Positions 50,060 through 62,113 of a stretch of 64,000 nt of DNA are shown one piece after another. Below the pieces are notes generated by a model. It was not told where the DNA came from. It ran no database searches and was given only the letters and a program-made list of their open reading frames with translations. How positions within the stretch are numbered: position 1 is the first letter of the stretch; each line of letters opens with the position of its first letter. Made by a program: the position numbers and the translations under genes. The stretch lies in assembly GCF_009914755.1 (NCBI RefSeq), contig NC_060930.1, one strand, 5' to 3'. Source of the DNA: the human T2T-CHM13v2.0 reference genome, Homo sapiens.

Positions 50060-50890
50060 TGATATAATCATAAATACATTTTAATATTGATACTTGTAGT
50101 ATCTGGTTCACACTGCATGTGAAAATAACAAAATCAAGAGTTTAAATACCCTAGGAGCAAAAGAAAGACCTGTAGAACACTGGAACATTTTTCTGTTTCA
50201 TTGTCCTAAGCCTCAATCTATCATGTATACCAAGTAACTTCCGCCCTTTTTTGGTTCTCAGGGGTTGCAAAATAAAGCACAGAACCTTCCTAGGAAGAGT
50301 TCACTGGCCAAGAGAGATGATAGTTCTTACACATTCAAAACTATTTAAACTCAAAGAATAATTGGTTTATTTATAAAGATCTAAAATGTAATCAGTGATA
50401 CCCAACTAGAGCAAATACATTCTCTGCCATAGCACTTAACTGCATTAAATATTGCCTTAAATTTGACACCTTATATATATTGTGTGTGTGTTTTTAAATT
50501 TCATGTGCATGTGACTTTTCTACTGAATAATATTATTAAACTTCTGTGCATTGGGTTATGTTTATAGTCATCATTTTGATAAGCAGTAGCATACTGCTTA
50601 GTCACGTAACAGGTGCTTGGTTAATATTTATTGAATTAAATTGGAATGTGTAGTTGACCTGGTCCACTTGCATTGTATATTTTAGAAAAGTAGATGTTAA
50701 AGTACCTTGGATTTTTGTGGTTTGCAAGAACATGGACTAGAAATAAAATGCAAAGAAAAAAAGTATTAGCTTTATGCTCTTCAAGCCCCTTTATCCCAGT
50801 TGCTGTATGTTACCCTATATGATACAGGCAAATGGTTAAGAACAAAAAGACAGCAATTTTATAGTCACTGTCAATCTTTTTTAATGGTAT

Positions 50891-51580
50891 TGTGTCCAGA
50901 ATTTATTCCTTCCGGTGGGTTCTTGGTCTCGCTGACTTCAAGAATGAAGCCGCAGACCCCTACGGTGAGTGTTACAGCTCTTAAAGATGGTGTGTCCAGA
51001 GTTTGTTCCTTCAGGTGTTCGGATGTGTCCAGAGTTTCTTCCTTCGGTTTGTGGTCTTGCTGACTTAAGGAGTGAAGCCACAGACTTTCGCAGTGAGTAT
51101 TACAGCTCTTAAAGGTGGCACATCTGGAGTTGTTTGTTCTTCCCTCCTCCCGGTGGGTTCGTGGTCTCGCTAACTTCAGGAGTGAAGCCACAGACCCTTC
51201 CAGTGAGTGTTACAGCTCATAAAGGTAGTGTGGACCCAAAGAGTGAGCAGCAGCAAGATTTATTGTGAACAGCAAAAGAAGAAAGCTTCCACAGCATGGA
51301 AGGGGACCTGAGCAGGTTGCCGCTGCTGGCTGGGGTGGCCAGCTTTTATTCCCTTATTTGGCCCCGCCCACATCCTGCTGATTGGTCCATTTTACAGAGT
51401 GCTGATTGCTCCATTTTACAGAGTTCTGATTGGTGCGTTTTTACAGAGTGCTGATTGGTGCATTTACAATACTTTCGCTAGACACAGAGTGCTTATTGGT
51501 GCATTTACAATCTTTTAGCTAGACACAAAAGTTCTCCAAGTCCCCACCGGACCCAGAAGCTCAGGTGGCTTCACCTCTCA
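50891..51580 (-). mobile_element. LTR12 (ERV9) solo LTR, 690 bp
   Basis: Ends TGTGTCC...CACCTCTCA (reverse complement TGAGAGGTG...GGACACA); U3 gctgattggtg repeats; three U5 repeats; perfect 4-bp TSD GTAT (50887-90 / 51581-84). Confidence 0.93.
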
Positions 51581-51834
51581 GTATCAGGAAAGGAACTGGC
51601 TGGACTCAAGTCTGAGATGAATATGCAGAAAATCCTGCTTTTGAGCAGTTGTCTTGGGAACTGTTTTATGGCTCAAGCTAGCTTTAATATTAGAAATTTA
51701 ATGTAAGAGCACAGAGGGACCTCATAGAGCCCAGCATCCAGGGGTGCAGCCAGACTTTGGGGGATGTAGGACCAAGGGATGATGGCTTTGGTCATCAAGC
51801 AGCCATTTTCTTTGTGTTGCTGTTGTTGCTGCTG

Positions 51835-52600
51835 TTGTTTTAAAGAATGTTTTAGTGCCATTTTGGTTCACAGCAAAATTGGGGAAAGCAGCACAGAGAT
51901 TTCCCATATATCCCCTTCCACAACTCATGCATACTTTTCATTATCAACATCCCCCACCAGAGTAGAACATTTGTTACAATTGATGAACCTGCATTGACAC
52001 TTCATTATGACCCAGAGTCCATAGTTTACATTAGGGTTCACTCTTGGTGCTGTACATTCTATGGGTTTGGGTGAATATATAATGACATGTATCTACCATT
52101 AAAGTATCATACAGAAAATTTTCACAGCCCTAAAAACTTCTGTGCTACATATTCATTCCTCCCTCCCCACTACCCCTTCCTCAGCAACTACTGATCTTTT
52201 TATTATCTTTATAGTTTTACCTTTTCCAGAATGTCTCATAACTGGATTCATATGGTAGGTAGAATTTTCAGATTGGCTTCTTTCACTTAGTAATATGCAT
52301 TTACATTTCCACCATGCCTTTTCATAACCTAATAGCTCATTTCTTTTTAGTGCTGAATAATCTGTTGTCTGGATGTACCACAGTTTAGTTTCCACTCACC
52401 TACTGAAGGATGTATTGGTTGCTTCCAAGTTTTGGCAATGATGAATAAAGCCATCATAAACATTGATGTGAAGGTGTTTGTATAGATGTAAGTTTTCAGT
52501 TCCTTTGGATAAATATCAAAGAGCATGATTGCTGGCTTGTATGATGAGTATGTCTCGTTTGGTAATAAACTGCCAAACTGCCTTCCAAAGTGGTGATGCT
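51835..52600 (-). mobile_element. L1MC1-like LINE 3' fragment
   Basis: ggttcacagcaaaattg...catttgttacaattgatgaacct...catagtttacattagggttcactcttggtg. Confidence 0.75.
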
Positions 52601-53115
52601 ATCATTTTCATCTTTGCTCTTTTTTCCATATCTGCAGCAGACTAGCTTCCTTTCTACAGTATCATACGGAGTATTTTTGCTGCCCTAAAAACTCTGTGCT
52701 CTGCCTATTCATCACTCTCTCCTCCAGCCCCCATGCAACCACTGATCTTTAATTTCTGTTTCTTCAGAGTTACATGTTATATGGGGTTTGATATTACCAT
52801 GGTACGCATTCTGGCCTCAGTCCTAAACATAAACATACAGCTCTGGTTCTCAATACCAAATAACCGTTGTTTCAGTGTCTCTTCATTTAAATTCTTGAGA
52901 AAGATCCATGATTAACTCAGCTTTAATCAAGTGTCTACACCTGGTCCAAGGACACTTGGTATGAATATGGCTGCTGAGACTCACCCATTCAAAAGAAGCT
53001 GTGGAGAAGGGAAGGGGCAAAGTTGCTAATTCAGACAGGATGTTTATTTAGACTGTGTTCAATTATGATAAATGATGCAAAAAAGTTATTTATTAAAGAG
53101 TGTCAGTTAACTCAC

Positions 53116-53520
53116 TGTGTTAGCTTGGGTCACCCAGGAAGTGGATGCCAAGGTGGACTTAGGAATTCCAGCTGTTTATTGGGGATAGTGCCTGTGAAAG
53201 ATAACAGAAAAGGGAGCAGGAGTAGGCAAGGAAAGCCTATAAAAGGAGAGTAGGAAGGAGGAAGACAAGGTAGAAATAGCCTCAGACTGCAGTATAATTC
53301 TGAGGAAGTCCTGGCCAGCCCATCAAGGAGATCCAGCACAAAGATTTCTCATTGAGGAGTCCCATTCTGGTTGGAAATGACCTCCAGTTATTGACTGGAG
53401 GCCACGTGGGAATAGGATGTTCCCAGCTCTAAGCCTCCAGCAGACCTCAAAAGCATTGTATCTGGAAGCTGTAGCCTGACTCCACTCATTACAGCAAGTT
53501 CTTTGAAAGATCCAAGTGGG
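53116..53520 (-). mobile_element. ERVL-type LTR remnant (LTR33/40/41-like; subfamily and right end uncertain)
   Basis: tgtgttagcttgggtcacccaggaag...tttattgggg...gcctcagactgcag. Confidence 0.5.
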
Positions 53521-54020
53521 ATACCCCTGTGGCCATCCCCATATTCAGAAAAATCCAGGATGGCTAGAGCCTGGCTTGAAGGCTGTGTAACCAGGAGCAA
53601 TGCTAAGATTAACCTACTGGATGGCTTTGATCACCCTGGTGGATTGGCTACCAAGTGCTTCTGGATACAGGCATGGAAAACAGAATTCTAGTGAGTAATA
53701 TCTTCAGCCAGCGATTTACAAAGAAAATGAGTTTTACAAAGAAAATGGAAGTTTAGAGATTAACTGTGAATTCTAATTATCATATTTTCCTCTATCAATT
53801 TTACTATGTAAAATCAAGAGATGGTTTAGAAACTATGCTGAATTGAGCAATTAACATGACCTTGAAGAAGGCATTTAAAAATTATTTTTCATCCTCATTT
53901 GATAAATTAATCAGTTTCCTCAAATGGTTGTTAGCTTGTTGAGAGAATAATTGTAATTTGGCTAACAAAAATCCAATATTTGTTAGAACTGCTCTGTGTG
54001 AACTTCTGTTAAATCTGTTT

Positions 54021-54040
54021 TGTGTGTGTGTGTGTGTGTG
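54021..54040 (+). repeat. (TG)10 microsatellite
   Basis: Direct read. Confidence 0.9.
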
Positions 54041-54215
54041 AGTGTTTTTCCTGTTAATTTGTTGCAATTGAAGAAAAGTCTGAAGTCCCAATCAGCTATT
54101 AGCCTGGGTTCTATTACTGTCTAGCAGTTTCTGACATGAGAAAACCATGTTACATCATGCCATAAGTAAGGTTGTTAAGCTGTGATACTGTTAACTAGTA
54201 AGGAAAAGAAGAACT

Positions 54216-55590
54216 AACAGAGACCTCAAAAATAACACCACATATCTACAACCATCTGATCTTCGACAAACCTGACAAAAACAAGCAATAGGGAAAGGAC
54301 TGCCTATTTAATAAATGGTGCTGGGAAAACTGGCTGGTCATATGCAGAAAACAGAAACTGAACCCCTTCCTTAACGCCTTATACAAAAATTGACTCAAGA
54401 TGGATTAAAGACTTAAATGTAAAACCCAAACCATAAAAACCCTAGAAGAAGACCCAGGCAATACCATTCAGGACATAGACATGGGCAAAGACTACATGAC
54501 TAAAACATCTAAAGCAATTGCAACAAAAGCCAAAATTGAGAATTGGGATCTAATCAAACTAAAGAGCTTCTGCACAGCAAAAGAAACTATCATCAGATTG
54601 AACAGGCAACCTACAGAATGGGAGAAAATTTTCACAATCTACCCATAGGACAAAGGTCTAATATCCAGAATCTACAAGGAACTTAAACAAATTTACAAGA
54701 AAAAAAAATCCCATCAAAAAGTGGATGCAGGATATAAACAAACACTTCTCAAAAGAAGGCTGGCAGCCAAGAAACATGAAAAAAAACCTTGTAATCACTG
54801 GCCATTAGAGAAATGCAAATGAAAACCACAGTGAGATACCATCTCACGCCAGTTAGAATGGCAATCATTAAAAAGTCAGGAAACAACAGATGTTGGAGAG
54901 GATGTGGAGAAATAGGAATGCTTTTACATTGTTGGTGGGAGTGTAAATTAGTTCAACCATTGTGGAAGACAGTGTGGCGATGCCTCAAAAATCTAGAACC
55001 AGAAATACCATTTGACCCAGCAATCCCATTACTGGGTATGTACACCAAGGATTATAAACTATTCTATAAAGACACATGCACAAGTATGTTTATTGCACAC
55101 TATTTACAATAGCAAAGACTTGGAACCAACCCTAATCCCCGTGAGTTATAGACTAGATAAAGCAAATATGGCACATATACACCATGGAATACTATGCAAT
55201 CATAAAAATGCATGAGTTCATGTCCTTTGCAGGGACATGGATGAAGCTGGAAGCCATCATTTTCAGCCAACAAACACAGGGACAGAAAACCAAACACTGC
55301 ATGTTCTCACTCATAAGTGGAAGTTGAACAATGAGAATACATGGACACAGGGAGGGGAACATCACATACCAGGGCCTGTCAGGGGTAGGGGGAAAGGCAA
55401 GGCAGAGCATTAGGACAAATATCTAATGCATGTGGGGCTTAAAACTTAGATAATCAGTTGATGGGTGCAGCAAACCACCATGGCACGTTTATACCTATGT
55501 AACAAACCTGCACATTCTGCACATGTATCCCAGAACTTAAAATTTTTAAAAAATAACAGGAAGGGCATTAAAGAAAAAAAAAAAGAAAAA
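54216..55590 (+). mobile_element. L1PA7/8-like LINE-1, 5'-truncated (ORF2 C-terminus + 3'UTR), decayed
   Basis: ORF 54813..55112 [18 protein letters not shown]; L1 3'UTR ending ctgcacatgtatcccagaacttaaa. Confidence 0.88.
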
Positions 55591-58154
55591 GCAGTCGTAT
55601 AGAATTACTATTGTTAAGGTTTCAAAAGGTAGATTGATCCCATTTTGCTAAAGCCAACAGTTCCTTCACTCTTAAAACTTATATAATGCTGACAAAGGGT
55701 CACAGGCCTAATTTTTAGGAAATACTCATTCTGCCAGTAATAGTCTGTGCCATATGACTTTACTATGTCACTTACCAGCTCTAGGCCTTAGTTTACTTCT
55801 CTGTAAAATAAAGGAGGCTGATTATTATAGCTAAAATATATTTAAAATAAATAGCTAAAACATATTCAGCACTTGAGTGCTATGATTTCCTTTACTTCTT
55901 TAAAAATGCTAGTAATTTCCATATAAACACAAAGTCCAAAGATCTAAAAGCTAAATGTCAACCTAGATGTTGACCTTGTTCAATCTAAATTTTTCAAGGG
56001 AATACATGTATCCTATTAGTTTGCTGCAGAAGTATTTGCGGCTTTTGTCATTAAAATACTTATGCACCAACTTAAATATATCTTTTAATTTCCAAAGTAA
56101 ATTACTTTCCTATACATACAATTTAGTATTTTTGAGACTCTTATTAAGTCTTCTAGGGATAAAACTAGTAGGAAGATTCACTCTCAAATACAAAAGAGAA
56201 GATGGCCCAGCAGTAAGGCAATATCATTGTAAAAAGCAGAGATAAAACCCTGTCTTTTAGCAACTTTGTCAAATTAATGATCCCCCCCAACACAGGTACC
56301 AAAATCCCATTTCTCTTCCCCAGCTGTGTGTTACCACACGGTGCAAAGTCACTGGGGAAAAGAAGAAAACAGATCAGCAGGAAATATGAAGACAGCAAGC
56401 AAAGCAGATTTGACAGTTGCCAAGAAGTGGCCTCAGATGTGCAATCCGGGATCTCTTGCTGGGCAAATGAGAAAAGCAAAACCAAAAGGTTCTGTTCAGT
56501 AAACGCACATGGATGTGCCCCACTGCACAGAACCCTGTGTGTACCTTTACTCATGGGTGCCTAGAGCAGGTTTGCATTCAAATTAGAGGAAGCTGTGTGC
56601 ATATAAACTATGGTGGGGTGTGTGTCGGGGGGCGCAATTCTTAGCCATAGAATCCATTGCCAGAGATCCAAGAAGTGCTTTAAAGAGATTATACTTCATG
56701 TGATTGCCTTTCACGGGCCCTGAGAATCTCCTTGTAAGTTACATCAAACACGAGTTTACAGACATCATGACAATGGGAACTCACCGATGGCAATGAAAAT
56801 ATGGGGAGTGGAACAGGAGCAGCAGTGCTTGAATGACAGAAATCAGTACAGCTGCTAGATTAGTAACCACACATTTTTAAAAACTAACATATATTGTGAA
56901 AATAAATTGTCACTATCTTGATTAATCCATTTCTGTTTAATAGTTAACATTTTAACTGAAGATAATAAAGACTAATTTCTTCAAAGTTTTTGGTAGATAA
57001 CTATATATATACCTCACTATCTGACTTTTTAAATAAAATGCTCAGAATTGCAAAGAGGATATTTTCTTTTCAGGAATTATTCCAGACAAGTACTCCAAAC
57101 ATAAAAGTTAGAAAATGTTTTACTAGGCCTTTTCCACAGTAACAGAAAAATCAGTTTATAGTTATGAGTGTTGGGCTTTCTGTTTTCCTTATCCACAAAA
57201 GCTATAAGGAATTGCTAACATAGTTGTGGCTTTCATTCTTCCAAATAATTCCCAATTCACTTGGAAATTTCTTTTTATTCCAAAAGATCTTTTTCCTATC
57301 ATTTGCTTTGCTATTTTATATAGTCAGTGTTTACTCAATAAAAGCATTTGAAGTTTAAAAAAGCATTCTCTCCTCTAATCTTTGAGTTAGATTTTTCCCA
57401 TATCTCCCTTGGCATGTGTTGGGATGAAAGTGGCCAGGACTCAAACTAGAAAATAGGTACTTGTTTTCACTTTCAATCTGCTTATTCCAGTTCAGAGTCA
57501 TGGGTGGCCAGAGCTTATCTGGCCTCTCCTTGTCTTCACTTCCTCGTTTACGTTCGCCAATCCAATCAGTATGAGAGTGAACCTCAGCACCCTCTGGGTT
57601 CTTCCTGAAATAATTATAATCATGCAAAGCCTTGCTTTCTTCATAGTCACAACAAAATGGCAGGACAAATCCTCTGTTCCCTAATCCTTCCCTCCTTCAA
57701 AATTCTTTTTGCACAAACCTCTATCAATCCAGGGTGGGTGTGGGCAGGACCCAGAATTTAATGTTTCTTGAGTGATAATGGTGTTATATTATTTTCTAAA
57801 ATGCATCGAAATGAGCTGTTAGGTTTCATGAAACATTCCTTCACTTTAAAATTGCTCCATATGTTTAAGCAAATGAAAAGGGTCTCCTAAAACGCCTAGA
57901 AGACAAATTTAGTCCCTATTTGTTTCTGACACAGAGATGAAGGCAACTCTAGAGTCCAACTGAGATTATTGCTTTCTTTCTTGAACCCTGAACTTCAACT
58001 GCATTCAACCAGGATGCAGTTGGCATCTTCTGGAAAGGATTATTTGTTCACTTCTTAGCAGGCTAGTTTTAATTTCATATGAAGGCAGAAAGACTCTTTT
58101 GTTTCCATTGCTGCATTGAATAGGTGTGTGTGTGTGTGTATATGTGTGTGTATA

Positions 58155-59004
58155 CAGCAGGTCTTTGAATAAAGTTGTTTCATTCAAAGTTGTTTAGTTA
58201 TAACATTGGTGAGAAAAAACATTGATTCCAGGCTGGGGCCCCTGCCTGTGTGGAGTCTTCATGCTCTCCCCATTGTCCATGATGGTTCTCTCTGGCACCT
58301 CTGCTTTCCTCCCACATCCCAAAGGTGTGCCTGTGAGGTTCATCTGTGTGAGGTTCACATGGTCCCACTATGAGTGAGTGTGGGAATCGGTGTGGGTGTG
58401 AGTGTGCCCTGTCATGGGATGGCATCCTGTACCAGGTGAGTTCCCACCCAGATAGGCTCTAGCTGCCCATGACTCTGAACTGGAATAAGCAGATTGAAAA
58501 AATGAATGAATGAATGAATGAATGAATGAAGACAAATGATTGTAAACATCTGTCAAGTCTAGGATAATCATCCAAATGCACAGCAATAAATGATGCAGTA
58601 CAGTAGCACTCAGTGAGCTGCCATATCTGTGGGATTGTGAACTGTATGAGGGGAGGAGGTGCTCCTTACAATTTTTGCTTTGCAAACCTTTATTTCTTGA
58701 TTTAACTCACCACCATTACAACTGCCATCACTGATTCACCAAAAATTGAGTAAATAATTATCTTGTGTTCATTAGTCTTTCTTAAATATATGTATAGCTC
58801 ACACTTAGTTCAATGTTTAATATTAGAAATATTTTGTCTTTATTTAGAAGTTTGGGAATGTTTTGTGACCGTAAATGTTGCCATAGGAACTTAACTCTTG
58901 GTTGTATCACTTAGCCTGTGGTAAAATTGGTTTTGTTATATGTCATTTTGCTTAAAGTTGCAGTTTCCAGAAACCTATCCATGATGTTAAGTGAAGATTT
59001 ACTA
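58155..59004 (+). mobile_element. MER6 (TcMar-Tigger), near full length ~850 bp
   Basis: TA|CAGCAGGTC... start; SINE-like core tgtgtggagt...ttcctcccacatcccaaag; (GAAT)n; end gatgttaagtgaagatttacta. Confidence 0.8.
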
Positions 59005-59205
59005 CATACATATATATATACACACACACACACACACATATATATATCATTACTTGTAAGTATTACATATATATAACATTACATATCTATGATGTTAAGT
59101 GAAGACATAGTACACATATAAAACATTACTTGTAAGTATTACATTTATATAACGCTATATATATATATATATATATATATACATACACACACACACACAT
59201 GCACA
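59005..59205 (+). repeat. Compound (TA)n/(CA)n microsatellite region
   Basis: Direct read. Confidence 0.85.
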
Positions 59206-59232
59206 CTTACTACTTATATTACCTAACATTAT

Positions 59233-59645
59233 TGTATTAGTCAGGGTTTTCCAGAGAAACAAAACCAGCAGGCTGTGTGTGTGTACACATAGAAAGATTT
59301 ATTTTAGGGAATTGTCTCATGTGATTGCATAGGCTTGGCAAATCCAAAATGTATGGAGTAGGCCAGCAGGCTGGAGACCCGGGGAGAGTTGCATTTCAAT
59401 TCCAAAGGCAGTCTGCTGGCAGAATTGCTTATTGCTTGGGGAGGGCAGTCTTTTCTATTTAGGCCATTGGCGATTGGAAGAAGCCCACCCACATTATAGA
59501 GGGTAATCTGCTTTACTCAGAGGCCACAGATGTAAATGTTAATCTCATCCAAAAAGCTCCTTCACACAGACATCCAGAATAATGTTTGACTGAATATCTG
59601 GCCACTATGGCTCAGCCAAGTTGACATATAACATTCACTATCACA
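59233..59645 (-). mobile_element. MLT2-family (ERVL) solo LTR
   Basis: tgtattagtcagggttttccagagaaac...ccaagttgacatataacattcactatcaca; perfect 5-bp TSD ATTAT (59228-32 / 59646-50). Confidence 0.85.
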
Positions 59646-59840
59646 ATTATATAACATTAATAGGCACTATGTGCAAGACACTTTTTGCGGGATGGAGTGA
59701 CATTAACCACTTCATCTATCCCTTCCCATTCTTGGCCCTACATAAAGAGAGAATACTTTGGAAAGCAAATACTTTAGTACCTTCTGTGGTTTAAAAGGAG
59801 TAGTGCTGACTCATATCTTTAGAAACTGTCTCTAAAAAGG

Positions 59841-59993
59841 CTAGAAGTTTGGAGAGTATCTTGTAGCTAGCATAATGGAAACAGAAGGAGATCACATGGC
59901 TTTGTCATCAACTCAGCTCCCAGCTTCTCTGGGCTATTTTCTTTCTAGTACCTTTCCATTATTTTAGTTACAAGATACTCTCCAAACTTCTAG
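59841..59993. repeat. 41-bp inverted repeat (38/41 identity) with a 71-bp spacer
   Basis: 59841-59881 versus reverse complement of 59953-59993. Confidence 0.92.
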
Positions 59994-60139
59994 GAAAATT
60001 ATTCCAAAATATCATTAATTTTAAATACATTAATAACATTGATGGTTCTTTCTGTCTCCTAGTGCAATTTCCTTACATCAATGGATGATAGTATGATGTG
60101 GAAACAGCAAAGGATTTTCTTTTAAGAAAAATGTCTGGA

Positions 60140-60300
60140 CTGACAACTGTCACTTACTAGGAAGTATCTTAATCTTTCCAAACCTCAGTTTTCTCAACTG
60201 TAGAATGGGAATAAAGTTGGTAATGTCCATAGCTACCTCACTTGACTGTAAAGAACAACTGAGATAAATATGTGGCAGTATTTGAAAAATGATAAAGCAT
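60140..60300 (+). mobile_element. MIR remnant
   Basis: aacctcagttttctcaactgtagaatgggaataa MIR core. Confidence 0.55.
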
Positions 60301-62113
60301 CGTGGCCTTGGTTGTTATTCTCACTTTCTATTAAGTTCAGTTATAGAACCTTGGGCCCCACTCAAGGGCCCAGTTTTCTTAGCATGGGTGTGGAAATTGT
60401 GACTACTAAAAAACAGGCAACTTTTATGTCTACAGGAGATTACTAACTTATTATATAGGAATTTGACCTTCATCTTGGTAGAGGGGATTTCATCCTGGTG
60501 GATCTGCAGCCCTACCTGGAATATGCTGAGCTTCATATTGTCAACTTCAGGCAAATGCTTTTCTCCTCCAGTACAGCCATTCTTCTCTGCATTCATTGGA
60601 ACACTCAGAACATTATTAGATGTACCTTCTGTCTTATCTGGATGAACTAAAAACAGAAATGGGTAGTTTTATAGTTTTATAATATTTTATAATAATTGTA
60701 TAATAATAGGCTTTGTTGCTTTTGACAAAAAGAACTATCTGTGATGCAAGCAACAATCTTGTGCCCTTAAAGCCCATGTCCTCAAATACTAAAGTAAACC
60801 TAAAATCTTAGCAGTGTTCTTTAGGTGTTGCAAAGTGTTAGTAGGAAAAATCCTAACTGTGCAATGTCTCCAAAGTTTGTGGAGTTTTTTCCTTTAAGGA
60901 TATTGTTTCTAGCTTAGCTGAAGTTCTCCATCTCTATGGGGATTTCCTTTCACCCACTACTAGTCTTTAAGAACATTTCAATTTTACTGCTATCAACTGC
61001 AATTTCGTACTTTGATAAGATTCATTACTGTACCCCATCCTGATCTCTTTTCAAAATATTGATCAACTAGATTACTAAAATAATCAAAATAATAGTGGAA
61101 AAGCTTTCTGTTTATCCTTCACATATATTTCTATTAGTTGGTAAAATCACCCACATCCCCACTAAGTCCTGTACCAAGCATAAATACCACATAGTATAAC
61201 AAGTACTAAGAATTTTTGAAACTTAATGTTACTGTTTTATCAACCTGAATGGAAAACTATTTTGCATTTTTTTCTTTTCTTTTTGTACTTCTGAATTTGT
61301 GAAGTCATATCTTCAACAATTCATTCAACCAACTTTTATTGAGAATACCATATTGTATGTGCCTCAAATCATCATACACAGAGCAACTTGATGAGTTTTC
61401 CTAAATCTAAGCTCTGGCTGTATCACCCCAAAGCCCCATCATTGCCTATTGAATTAAGTCAGATTCCTTTCCTAGAATTCAAGGGCCTCCATAATGCATC
61501 GATACCATGATCCAACTGAGCTGTCTTCCCACATATGTCCTGCCATTTTCTCTGTCTTGGAATGTTCTCTCTCTTGGTATCTTTTTTTTCCAGTGGTGCC
61601 CATTTGAAATGCCTCCTTTTCCATGAAGTCTGTCCTGTCACCAAATAAATGTCATTTCTCCATTTATAATAGATCCTTAGCCTGTTTTTATTCCCCCTGT
61701 ACCATAGTCATCTTTGAGCTTTCCTAGTCTACTCTGTGAAAACTGTAAGCTTCTATAAAGCAGGAGCTCTGTCTCAACCATATCACTCATTCAGGCACAT
61801 TTCAGAAGCATACAGTATTTCTTAGAGGATGACAGCAGGGAACCCAGAAATATTTTTTAAGTTCTTTTGAGTCCTTGTATTTTCAAGGTTAACACAATTC
61901 CATTTTAGTAAAAAGCCTCTGTAATCTCAATATATATGAGTAGATTGTTTTTTCTGGTAGGGATAGAGGGAAATAATGCAATGTCAATGTGGCACTAGGT
62001 AACACATTAATTATGAGTGAAGTGATTCTATGATACAAATCCACTGCATGAAAGCAACAGTTGGAGCTGTAAAGAGACAGGTCATTTCTAGGTTGGGGAA
62101 TGGTCAGGATGGG

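Noticed and set aside
50580-50600. 9-bp stem / 3-nt loop palindrome TAAGCAGTA-GCA-TACTGCTTA, and the 12-bp palindrome TTACCTAGGTAA at 43968-43979
   Set aside because: Short enough to be expected by chance in 64 kb of AT-rich DNA
50900-51230. Three ~110-bp repeats resembling an array
   Set aside because: Normal U5 tandem repeats of LTR12; not CRISPR-like (eukaryotic context, no unique spacers)
56200-57900. Repeat-poor downstream block with a few CpGs and tandem CCAAT near 57556
   Set aside because: Could be an enhancer or lncRNA region, but there is no CpG island, ORF or splice structure I can support from sequence alone
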